Program-made: the position numbers and the translations under genes
In this document: piece after piece, positions 1-8,263 of the stretch
Numbering within the stretch: position 1 is the stretch's first letter
Layout of the letters: every line of letters starts with the position of its first letter
The notes under the pieces: generated by a model
Database searches by the model: none
What the model was told of the DNA's origin: nothing
What the model saw: the letters and a program-made list of their open reading frames with translations, nothing else
Origin: Ktedonobacterales bacterium
GTDB lineage: Bacteria > Chloroflexota > Ktedonobacteria > Ktedonobacterales > JADMIN01
NCBI GenBank assembly: GCA_036265775.1
Contig: DATAOM010000355.1
Location: 1 to 32,622, forward strand
Direction of reading: 5' to 3'
Length of the DNA stretch: 32,622 bases

Positions 1-1587
1 CCAAGTGCGCGCGTCAGTCGATTGCAGCGACTCATTGAGTTGGGTGCGCCTGACGTGCTGGTGCAAAATGAGTGGAGCAATTTCCGGCAGCGAGCTCGGC
101 GAGGCCTCAATCAGGGAGTGGACATCTGGGAGGACCCGTCAGATCCGGCGGCCGTCGGATCGCAGCCCCGTCTTGACGCGCCGCTGGCGGACCAGTTGCG
201 CTACTGGGGCGAGTCGAATTCCATCTTTGCGATTCGGCAGACCCAGCAATCCAAGCTGCGCGACCTCACACGTCTGCGCGATTACAGCAGCAACCGTCAG
301 GTGGACGAGAGCAGCCTCGACGCCGCACTGGCGTTCCTCCATGCCGAGATCGAACTCGCCCGCGCTGCTCATCCTGATCGTCCGCTCTACGTCGTCAAAG
401 TGGACCTCAAGGACTACTATCCGACGCTTCCCCATGATCTGCTGCTCTCTATCCTAGGCCGCTTTGGCCTCACAGAGCGCGAGCTCGGCTTTATGCGCCG
501 CTATCTACGCGTGCGTATGGAGAACGGCAGGCAGACACAGATCGCACACGCCGGTGTACCGCACCACCGCCGGCTCTCTGACCTGCTAGGCGAGTTAGTG
601 TTGCGGTTGATGGACATGTATGTGGAGCGCGCAGCACGTGTCCAGGTGATTCGCTTCATCGACGACATCACCTTGCTAGCGGCCTCGCCAGAGGAGGCGG
701 TCAAGGGGTGGGAGGCAGTGCGATCGTTCTGTGCGGCGTGCGGTCTCACCCTCAACATGGAGAAGTGTGGCAGCGTCTGTGTCGGGGGCGAAGCATTGCC
801 TCTGGAGCTGCCACAGCGCGCGCCGCGTTGGCTGCTGCTGACACTCGATGCGCAGGGGCGTTGGGCGGCGGATGCGGCGGGTCTGGAGGTCGAGTTGGAG
901 CGTGCGCGCTGGCAGATCGCACACGCGTCCTCTATTCTCGAGCGGGTACGGCTGTACAACGCGACGCTGACGCACCTGGAACAATCCCTGGCCATCGCGG
1001 CGCCGTTGGGCGAGGCGCATCGCGAGAGTGTGCGCGCAGCCTATGCCCGCTGCCAAAATACGCTCTTTGGTCTGGAGACAGACGCAACCGGTATGCTGCG
1101 CGGGATGATACGTGAACGGTTCGTGGGCAACGGAGTGGCTGCGGAGGCGCTAGAGGCATGGCTGTTTTGGCCGATTACGGCAGGCGGGCTGGGGCTACGC
1201 CAGGCGCAGTTACGCGCAGAGAGCTACGCTGAGGCGTTCGCTAGGCGCACACGTGACGTCACGCCCGAGGAGCGTCCTGACGATTGGCAGCGACGCAGCA
1301 ACCCGTGGGCGCGCTATTACAGCTCGTTGCTCACTGCGGTCAGCCCCATCGCGCCGGAGCCCAGCGCCATGATGGAGACGCTAGTGAAGGACTTCATCAA
1401 CCGAGGCGCGGAACTATCGGCTGGGCAGCAGAAGACGCTCTCTCCCTACTGGCGCTGGATCCTTTATATCTACGGTCCCCAGATTCTCGAGTCGTTCGGC
1501 ACCTTCCGCTTCCTGTTCAGCGAATTGGTGCCGTTGCAGATTCTAACCAGCCGGCAGTCTGCGGATGGCGAGGCAGACGATGCATAG
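1..1587 (+). CDS. Reverse transcriptase-domain protein, 5'-truncated by the window edge (RT palm/fingers plus about 270-aa helical C-terminal extension)
   Basis: Frame 1 is open from nt 1; the listed ORF 22..1587 merely starts at an internal TTG. RT motifs are readable in the translation. Motif A: VVKVDLKDYYPTLPH (Asp codon 403-405). Motif B-like: AGVPHHRRLSDLLGEL (553-579, with the usual QG replaced by HH). Motif C: RFIDDITLL (FIDD 655-666). Motif D/E: GLTLNMEKCG (742-771). Stop TAG at 1585-1587. Confidence 0.8.
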   Translation, partial: PSARVSRLQRLIELGAPDVLVQNEWSNFRQRARRGLNQGVDIWEDPSDPAAVGSQPRLDAPLADQLRYWGESNSIFAIRQTQQSKLRDLTRLRDYSSNRQVDESSLDAALAFLHAEIELARAAHPDRPLYVVKVDLKDYYPTLPHDLLLSILGRFGLTERELGFMRRYLRVRMENGRQTQIAHAGVPHHRRLSDLLGELVLRLMDMYVERAARVQVIRFIDDITLLAASPEEAVKGWEAVRSFCAACGLTLNMEKCGSVCVGGEALPLELPQRAPRWLLLTLDAQGRWAADAAGLEVELERARWQIAHASSILERVRLYNATLTHLEQSLAIAAPLGEAHRESVRAAYARCQNTLFGLETDATGMLRGMIRERFVGNGVAAEALEAWLFWPITAGGLGLRQAQLRAESYAEAFARRTRDVTPEERPDDWQRRSNPWARYYSSLLTAVSPIAPEPSAMMETLVKDFINRGAELSAGQQKTLSPYWRWILYIYGPQILESFGTFRFLFSELVPLQILTSRQSADGEADDA

Positions 1588-1814
1588 GGGAATGGGGTCG
1601 ATGGGCTCTCGACGTCGCACGATTTGTGGCGCAGATGAAGAATTGCGGCAAACTCATTGGCACCCAACACCATTGGCGGATGAGATCGGAGATCGAGAGC
1701 GTCAGGACGTGTGGTAACAGAGCTGGAAGCGGCCTTGACCTGCGAAATGTCCGGTGGTGAGAGGCGGAAAAGAATTGGTGAGTAGCAGAGTGCAGAGCAA
1801 GGAGGACTGTTGCC

Positions 1815-2420
1815 ATGTGCGGACGCTATCAGTTACTGCGGCCCGAAGACATCGCAATTCGTTTCGAGGCGGTGAACACCGTGCCTGATCTCGCCGCCAG
1901 CAGCGATGTGCGCCCAACCCAGTCGATCCCCGTGGTGGCGATGGGACGCGAACTCGCTCTCATGCAGTGGGGTATTACGCCTGCCTGGGAGAAAGACAAA
2001 AAGAAAGCGCCACTGATCAACGCGCGCGCGGAAGGCATCGAGACGAAGGTGACATTTCGCCAGCCATTACGCTTTCAGCGCTGCATCATCCCAGCTACTG
2101 GCTTCTATGAGTGGCAGGCTCCGGTGGGTGGCGGCAGGAAGGTGAAATACCTGTTCACGCGCGCCGATGGCGACTTCCTGGCGCTGGCTGGTGTCTTTGC
2201 GAACTACAAGACGCCAGAAGGGCTGATGACGCGCTCGTGCGCCATCATCACGACAACGCCCAACGAGGTGGTCGCGGCCATCCACGACCGCATGCCAGTG
2301 ATCCTGGCGCGCAAAGACGAGGACGCCTGGCTCAATCCCGACGAGACGGAGAGCGAGGCGCTACTGCCTTTCCTGCGTCCACTTCCTGCCGAGGCGCTCC
2401 GTGCGCCAATCGCCGTCTAG
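1815..2420 (+). CDS. SOS response-associated peptidase (SRAP; YedK/HMCES family)
   Basis: Starts MCGRY with the catalytic Cys2. Other family hallmarks: LINARAE, GFYEW (Glu99) and HDRMPVIL (His157). AAGGAGGA lies 8 nt upstream of the ATG. 201 aa, typical for the family. Confidence 0.9.
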   Translation: MCGRYQLLRPEDIAIRFEAVNTVPDLAASSDVRPTQSIPVVAMGRELALMQWGITPAWEKDKKKAPLINARAEGIETKVTFRQPLRFQRCIIPATGFYEWQAPVGGGRKVKYLFTRADGDFLALAGVFANYKTPEGLMTRSCAIITTTPNEVVAAIHDRMPVILARKDEDAWLNPDETESEALLPFLRPLPAEALRAPIAV

Positions 2421-2506
2421 CGCCGGGCAAGCCGAACGCTCCTGAGGCCTGTTTCGTGTAGAATGAGTGCAAGAGACGAAAGACAAGGCCTCAAGGAGCA
2501 TGGTTG

Positions 2507-2737
2507 ATGAGCGACGATGTGAACTGGGACGAGTGGGACAGAGAAGAGCTCTTCATCCCTATGGGGGAGATCGGCAGGGACGACTCGTACGCCTATCAAC
2601 AATTGCTCCAACTGAAGGCCGATGGCTGGGAGCAGTACGACGCCGCCCGGCAAGACGACAATCCGCTCGGCTTCAATCCTGGCATGGTCATTTCCCTGCG
2701 ACGGCGAAAACAGTCCAGCGACACTCCACAAGAGTAG
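2507..2737 (+). CDS. Small acidic hypothetical protein (76 aa)
   Basis: AAGGAG at 2494-2499 lies 7 nt before ATG 2507 (the track's TTG at 2504 is one codon upstream). The composition is acidic and Trp-rich (DDVNWDEWDREELF), unlike the Arg-rich overlapping frame. TAGAAT preceded by TG at 2457-2465 is a possible extended -10. No family recognised. Confidence 0.45.
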   Translation: MSDDVNWDEWDREELFIPMGEIGRDDSYAYQQLLQLKADGWEQYDAARQDDNPLGFNPGMVISLRRRKQSSDTPQE

Positions 2738-2755
2738 TGGGCACGCTATGGATCG

Positions 2756-4255
2756 CTACTGCAGGGCTGCGGTGAGGCGAGCGATATTCTCGGCCAGCCT
2801 GGTCATGGGCGAGCGCAGCTCCCATTCATGGAGATAGAGCTTGTTCGCTCGCGCCAGATAGCTGTCGAAGATCGGCTGCATGGCGGCGACGACGCCTTTG
2901 TCGTAGCAGATCAGTGTCACCTCCAAGTTAAGGGTAAAGGAGCGCAGGTCGAGGTTGCTCGAGCCGATCACTGCGATGTTGTCATCCACGGTCAGATGCT
3001 TCGCATGCAGCAGCGAAGGCGACTTGAAAAGGTAGACCTTGACCCCGGCGCGCTGGAGTTGCTCGTAGTAGGAGCGCTGCGCGTTGTAGACGAGGAACTG
3101 ATCGCCGATCTCTGATGAGATGAGGGTCACATCGACCCCGCGCTCCGCGACCGTCGTGATCGCCGTCATCAGCGCGTCATCGGGCACAAAGTAGGGGTTG
3201 GCGATGGTGAGCTTATGCTCGGCGGCATGAATCAGCTCAGTGTAGAGCTTGAGGTTGTTGTCGTCTGGGTAGCCCGGACCGCTCGGCAGCGTCTGGCAGA
3301 GCACGTCACCGCACTTGGTGTAGACGTCGCGTATCTCCACCGGCAGTTCATGCAGCAAATGGACATTTGTCTCAGCGTACCAATCAGTCAGGAACAGCCC
3401 ATTGAACTCGCGCACGACTGGCCCAGCCACCCGCGCCACCAGCTCCGTGTAGTACAGCCCCTTCCTCAGGTTCTTCTTCTTGTGATAGGTGCGGTCAATG
3501 AGGTTCTGTGAGCCGACGAAGCCGACCAGGTTGTCGATGACGACGATCTTGCGGTGATTGCGCAAGTCTGGGCGGGTAAAGCGCGGGTTGAAGAGCTTGA
3601 ACGGCAGCGTCAGATGCCACTCGATCCCTGCGTTGGTCAAGCGCTTGAGCATGTCTTTATAGCGCGGATAGGAACGGGATCCTAAGTCATCCAGCAACAC
3701 CCGCACCTTGATACCACGCTGGGCCGCCTGCTCCATCGCGAGAAAGCACTCCTCGGTCGCCTTGTCGAGCGCGATGATGAAGTACTCGATGTGGACGAAG
3801 TAGCGCGCCTCGTTGATCGCCTCCGCGATGCGCGCAAGTGATCCGGCGTAGTCGGGTAGAAGTTCAACACTGTTGCCATCATAGGCCGGCAGGCCACCCA
3901 GGTTGGTGTTGAGCGCCACGAAGCGTTGGTACTGCTCTGGAATGACCGGATTGACCAAGGCATGCGTCTGGGGATCGGCCGCCGCGATGGCTCTCGCCCT
4001 CGCCACCGTCTCGGTGATCAACTGGGTGGAGGTGCGCTGTTGCGCCCGACGACGCGCAGGGAGCTTGGGGTTGCCAATTAACAAGTAGATGAGGAGTCCC
4101 AGATAGGGCAGCAGCAGCATCGTGAGCAGCCACGCCGTCGCTGAAGAGGGTTTGCGATTGGTGGGGATGATGAAGAGCATGATCACCGGGATCGCATAGC
4201 TGATCACGGTCAGGATCTCGATGAGCAAGAGAACGATGTCCCAGTTCCACGTCAT
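2756..4255 (-). CDS. cls: Cardiolipin synthase (PLD superfamily, two HKD motifs), copy 1
   Basis: Two N-terminal TM helices, then two HKD motifs (HRKIVVIDN...GSQNL and HAKHLTVDD...GSSNLD). ATG at 4255 is preceded by GGAGGGGA. 499 aa, typical ClsA-like length. Confidence 0.92.
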   Translation of the reverse strand: MTWNWDIVLLLIEILTVISYAIPVIMLFIIPTNRKPSSATAWLLTMLLLPYLGLLIYLLIGNPKLPARRRAQQRTSTQLITETVARARAIAAADPQTHALVNPVIPEQYQRFVALNTNLGGLPAYDGNSVELLPDYAGSLARIAEAINEARYFVHIEYFIIALDKATEECFLAMEQAAQRGIKVRVLLDDLGSRSYPRYKDMLKRLTNAGIEWHLTLPFKLFNPRFTRPDLRNHRKIVVIDNLVGFVGSQNLIDRTYHKKKNLRKGLYYTELVARVAGPVVREFNGLFLTDWYAETNVHLLHELPVEIRDVYTKCGDVLCQTLPSGPGYPDDNNLKLYTELIHAAEHKLTIANPYFVPDDALMTAITTVAERGVDVTLISSEIGDQFLVYNAQRSYYEQLQRAGVKVYLFKSPSLLHAKHLTVDDNIAVIGSSNLDLRSFTLNLEVTLICYDKGVVAAMQPIFDSYLARANKLYLHEWELRSPMTRLAENIARLTAALQ

Positions 4256-4454
4256 GGCGCTCTCCCCTCCACTGCTTGGGCGTTCTCAGTCATTCGTTAC
4301 CCTGCCCGAGGCTACAGAGTCACTTATCAGAATATCAGAAAGTTATGTCGTGCGCAGACTAACATTGACGTCGTGGGCGCGCCTGATGAACACCCCTCTC
4401 TGCGACGGCCAGCTCCTCGACTTCCCTGAGCCGCATGGAAACAGCAGAACAGAA

Positions 4455-4491
4455 ATGAAGCGCGATCATGACATTCATGCGCGCGCTTCAT
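4455..4491 (-). terminator. Candidate intrinsic terminator downstream of the 7-TM gene
   Basis: 10-bp perfect stem (ATGAAGCGCG 4455-4464 / CGCGCTTCAT 4482-4491) about 40 nt past the stop at 4532. On the transcribed minus strand it is followed by the U-rich UUCUGUUCUGCUGUUUCC. Confidence 0.45.
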
Positions 4492-4492
4492 T

Positions 4493-4518
4493 AATGGGCC
4501 AAAACAATGGGCCAAAAC
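4493..4518. repeat. Perfect 13-nt tandem direct repeat (AATGGGCCAAAAC x2)
   Basis: Units at 4493-4505 and 4506-4518 are read directly from the sequence. A related ATGGGCCAA occurs at 5512-5520 on the other side of the same gene. Confidence 0.8.
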
Positions 4519-4531
4519 AGGATCTGGTTTG

Positions 4532-5428
4532 TTACTGAGCGCCCTCAGGAGCGCTGGACGGCACGTCGGGAACTGTGCCATTGGCCGATGTCTCACTGGC
4601 CTCACTTACTGGAGTCGTATCTGGCGTGGCTGCATCCAGATTTGTTTCAGAAGCTGGCTCCGCGAGGTCGGTAGCCGATGTGGCTGTAGAGGGCGGCGTT
4701 ACTTCTGGCGCTGCTGATGCGGTGGCGGCCACCGCCGCTGTTTCGCCCGTTCCCGTCGCGGCTCCTGTCGCTGCGCTCGCGCTGGTAGCCGCAAAGGGAT
4801 TTTCTGCTGAATACTCCTCGACGACGAAATTCTGGGTGGTGCGCCACTGGAAGTAGAAGCCGATCGCGGCGATGGCCAGATAGAGCAGCCCCCAGAGCCA
4901 GTTATCGCGCACAATGGCCCCTACCGCGCCAAAGCGCAGACCGGTGAGGGTAATGCGTCCCAGCGCCAGGAAGACGCCGCCCAGCAACAGTTCCGCGCCA
5001 GCAAGAGAGGTCAGGATGAGGACGAGCACTTTGGGGAAATGCAAATAGATGGCGACGGCTACCCATGCGAGGCCAACCAGCAAGCCCACCAGGAAGGTCA
5101 GCCAGCCATCATTGAAGCCAAGGCCCGCCATGATCCCAATGCCTAACTGGTAGCCGACAAAACCAGCCAGCAGCACCACGGCGGCGGCATAGAACAGATA
5201 GGCGATAGTGGCGGCGAAGATGGCGACGAGCAGACCGACGACCCAGCTAATGACGGTCGAAAGGAAACCCTGCCCGAAGATGTTGGTGAAGATCGTCGCG
5301 CCGAACTGGAAGCCGGCGAAGAACCCCCAGATCGAGACGAGAATCGTGAAGAATCGGTAGCCCGTAAAACACAGCGCGAGCCCCAGCATGATCACCAGCA
5401 ACGACGTAAACACCGTCTGGAAGAACAT
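4532..5428 (-). CDS. Polytopic membrane protein (about 7 TM, DUF4203/TM7S3-like) with low-complexity Ala/Thr/Ser/Pro C-terminal tail
   Basis: GAGGAGG lies 7 nt upstream of ATG 5428. Seven hydrophobic segments occupy the first about 200 aa (MFFQTVFTSLLVIMLGLALCFTGYRFF...). The last about 90 aa are A/T/S/P/E-rich. The DUF4203 assignment is from memory of the N-terminal pattern, not a search. Confidence 0.75.
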   Translation of the reverse strand: MFFQTVFTSLLVIMLGLALCFTGYRFFTILVSIWGFFAGFQFGATIFTNIFGQGFLSTVISWVVGLLVAIFAATIAYLFYAAAVVLLAGFVGYQLGIGIMAGLGFNDGWLTFLVGLLVGLAWVAVAIYLHFPKVLVLILTSLAGAELLLGGVFLALGRITLTGLRFGAVGAIVRDNWLWGLLYLAIAAIGFYFQWRTTQNFVVEEYSAENPFAATSASAATGAATGTGETAAVAATASAAPEVTPPSTATSATDLAEPASETNLDAATPDTTPVSEASETSANGTVPDVPSSAPEGAQ

Positions 5429-5801
5429 GGCAACGCCTCCTCGGCATGCTAACTGCCTGCCTTGCAGCCACGACGCGCTTGACGACGCCCTATAGCTATT
5501 CAGTCATTGGCATGGGCCAACGAGGTAGACGCAGCACAGGGCAAGCGCTTGCGCAAGCAGTTCATGGTACTCCCAAGAAACGAGCGCGCACATCGTTAAG
5601 AATGAGGTATTTCTTCAAAGCCGGCATGCGCGGCCCTCGGCCCATTGCATGCCAATGGCGATTTGATAAAGGCGCATGCGCCCATCTCTAAGAATACCCC
5701 TCCGCCGCGTATTCGACGTGATCTTCCTGCGGAAGCATGTAACTGACGCCTCTAGCAGGCGTAAACGCACATAGCGCAGGACTCTCTGCCGTCGGGAGTA
5801 T

Positions 5802-7292
5802 CTATTGCAGGGCCGCAGTCAGGCGCGAGATATTCTCGGCGAGTTTTGCCATCGTCGGGCGCGCCACCCATTCCTCTAGATCGAGTCGCTTCGCGCGCGC
5901 CAGATAGCTCTCAAAGACCGGCTGCATAGAGGCGACGACGCTTTTGTCATAGCAGACCAGCGTTACTTCCAGGTTGAGCGTGAATGAGCGCAGGTCCAGG
6001 TTACTGGAGCCAATGACCGCGATATCGTCGTCCACGCTCAGGTGCTTGGAATGCAGCAGAATTGGCGAGCGGTAGAGATAGACCTTCACCCCCGCGCGCA
6101 GTAACTGCTCGTAGTAGGAGCGCTGCGCGTTGTAGACGAGGAACTGGTCTCCGATCTCCGAGGAGATCAGCGTCACATCCACCCCGCGTTGCGCCGCCGT
6201 GGTGATAGCGGTCATCAATGCGTCATCTGGCACAAAGTAGGGATTGGCGATGGTGAGCTTATAGTTGGCGGCGGAGATGAGCTGTGTGTAGAGTTTGAGA
6301 TTGTTGTCATCGGGAAAGCCAGGGCCGCTAGGCAAGGTCTGGCAGAGAACCTCCCCCGTCGCGCTGACTGCCTGGCGCGTCTCAGCAGGCAATTCTTTCA
6401 GCAGCATATCATCGGTCTCGGAGTACCAGTCCGTCATGAAGAGCGCATTGAACTGCCGGACAACTGGCCCCGTCACTCTCGCCACTAACTCGGTATAATA
6501 CAATCCTTTTTTCAGGTTCTTCTTCTTGTGATACGTTCGGTCAATCAAGTTTTGCGAGCCGGTAAAGCCCACCAGGCCATCGACGACGACGATCTTACGA
6601 TGGTTGCGCAGGTCTGGCCGGGTGAACCGCGAGCTAAAGAACTTGACGGGGAGCATCAGATGCCACTCGATGCCCGCCTTGGTCATCCGGTCAAGCATCT
6701 CCTTGTAATGGGGATAGGAGCTTGACCCCAGTTGGTCCAGCAGCACGCGTACCTTGACGCCACGCTGCGCCGCCGCCTCCATCGCGGCAAAACAGGCTTC
6801 CGTCGCGTCATCCATGGCGATGATGAAGTACTCGATGTGGACGAAGTAGCGCGCCTCGTTGATCGCCTCGGCGATGCGTGCAAGCGATCCAGCGTAGTCA
6901 GGCAACAGTTCGACCTGATTGCCAGCGTACGCAGGCAGCCCGCCTAGATGCGTGTTAAGCGCCACGAAGGGCTGATAGCGCTCCGCGATAGGCGGGTCCA
7001 GCAACGCCAGTTCGCCGGGATGCGCCTCGGGATTCGCCCGCGCCTCCTCGACACCGGCGGTGATCATCTCAGTGGCGGTACGCTGCCGCGCCCGGCGATA
7101 GGCAGGCAACTTCGGGCTGCCGATCAGCAGGTAGATGAGCAGGCCCAGGTAGGGGAGCAGCACGATCAAGAGCAGCCATGCGGTCGCGGACGAGGGCTTG
7201 CGGTTGGTGGGCACGATGAAGAGCATGATGATCGGCAGCAAATAACCGATCCCCGTCAAGATCAGCGTGATTCTGGCCCAATCCCAGGTCAT
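5802..7292 (-). CDS. cls: Cardiolipin synthase (PLD superfamily), copy 2, paralogue of 2756..4255
   Basis: Same architecture as copy 1: 2 TM plus HRKIVVVDG and HSKHLSVDD HKD motifs. AAGGAGGA lies upstream of ATG 7292. It is collinear with copy 1 over the full length and roughly three-quarters identical by eye. Confidence 0.92.
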   Translation of the reverse strand: MTWDWARITLILTGIGYLLPIIMLFIVPTNRKPSSATAWLLLIVLLPYLGLLIYLLIGSPKLPAYRRARQRTATEMITAGVEEARANPEAHPGELALLDPPIAERYQPFVALNTHLGGLPAYAGNQVELLPDYAGSLARIAEAINEARYFVHIEYFIIAMDDATEACFAAMEAAAQRGVKVRVLLDQLGSSSYPHYKEMLDRMTKAGIEWHLMLPVKFFSSRFTRPDLRNHRKIVVVDGLVGFTGSQNLIDRTYHKKKNLKKGLYYTELVARVTGPVVRQFNALFMTDWYSETDDMLLKELPAETRQAVSATGEVLCQTLPSGPGFPDDNNLKLYTQLISAANYKLTIANPYFVPDDALMTAITTAAQRGVDVTLISSEIGDQFLVYNAQRSYYEQLLRAGVKVYLYRSPILLHSKHLSVDDDIAVIGSSNLDLRSFTLNLEVTLVCYDKSVVASMQPVFESYLARAKRLDLEEWVARPTMAKLAENISRLTAALQ

Positions 7293-7434
7293 GGCGCTTC
7301 CTCCTTCACCGCGAGAATTGTGCCTTCCGTCGCCACGCCGTCTTATGCGAAAAGGCGCGCAAGAAAATGGCTAGTATGCTCACTGCATGCTTATCTGGTC
7401 GCTGTTATCTGTGCGCTTTGCTCTCCGGCGGAGG

Positions 7435-8106
7435 CTAAATGGGCAGCCCCTGGCTGTTGGTATGGAGGGATTGTGTCTGGAACTTGACCAGAAACGCCAC
7501 GATCTCGCCACTGGGCCGCTCGATCAAGACGGCGCCATCCTGCCACGCGCCATCCAGATGCTGAAACTGCCCCAGTGGATCGCCCTGGTTGAGGTGAACG
7601 TCATGCACGCTCAAATCACTGGCGTTCGGCGCGCCAAAGACGAAGACGCGCACGCTTCCAAGGAGCTGCGTCTCCAGCGCGTTGAGTGCATTGTCGCCTA
7701 CGCTGTCAATCCATGGGTCGCGTAGCGACTCCAGCCAGCGCAGGAAGCGCCCAACGAGCGAGTCGCGCCGGAAGAGCCAGAAGCCGAAGTAGCGAGCGGC
7801 GGGTCCAGCGCCGAAGAGTGGGCTGCGGACGTAATCAATCGCGCCGGAGGAGCGGGTGGGAGCGAGCGGCTGCCAGCCAGCGGGCAATGCCAGGATAGGC
7901 GTGAGCGCGAGGTGATTGAGGTGGCGAATCAGGCGATACTGCGCCTTGATTCCGCTCGGCGTCGAGACGTCCACCGCGCCTTCGTATTGTCCCCCAGGCG
8001 TATCCACGTAGAGCTTGCCGTGCGAGTAGGCTGCAGTGGAGGTAGGGTCGTCGCGCGTGAAGTGGCTGAGCGTCCCGATCAGAACACCATAAGTGGGTAA
8101 AGGCAT
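7435..8106 (-). CDS. DUF2278 (YukJ-like) family protein
   Basis: N-terminal MPLPTYGVLIG and C-terminal VHDVHLNQGDP...DGAWQDGAVLI...FQTQSLHTNSQGLPI match my recollection of the Bacillus subtilis YukJ pattern (NYGVLKG ... HMNQGN ... WxDGG ... FxSQS..TD..G). 223 aa. Confidence 0.7.
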   Translation of the reverse strand: MPLPTYGVLIGTLSHFTRDDPTSTAAYSHGKLYVDTPGGQYEGAVDVSTPSGIKAQYRLIRHLNHLALTPILALPAGWQPLAPTRSSGAIDYVRSPLFGAGPAARYFGFWLFRRDSLVGRFLRWLESLRDPWIDSVGDNALNALETQLLGSVRVFVFGAPNASDLSVHDVHLNQGDPLGQFQHLDGAWQDGAVLIERPSGEIVAFLVKFQTQSLHTNSQGLPI

Positions 8107-8263
8107 CTCGCTCGATCCTCTCTAAATGACACGCCTCCTTTCTAACGTTTGGAAGCGCCCACGGCCACAGCGTCCTCTTTCCCCGCCACTCTCTGTCACT
8201 TCGCGGACGCTCAGGGCAAAACCGGCGCTTCATCGAATCATGGTCTGGGTTGTATCACGCCCC

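Noticed and set aside
1-1814. Group II intron or retron interpretation of the RT
   Set aside because: I could recognise no maturase-X/En region or YADD motif, and no domain V-like hairpin downstream. The visible protein is much longer than retron RTs. This cannot be fully excluded because the 5' part and upstream DNA are missing.
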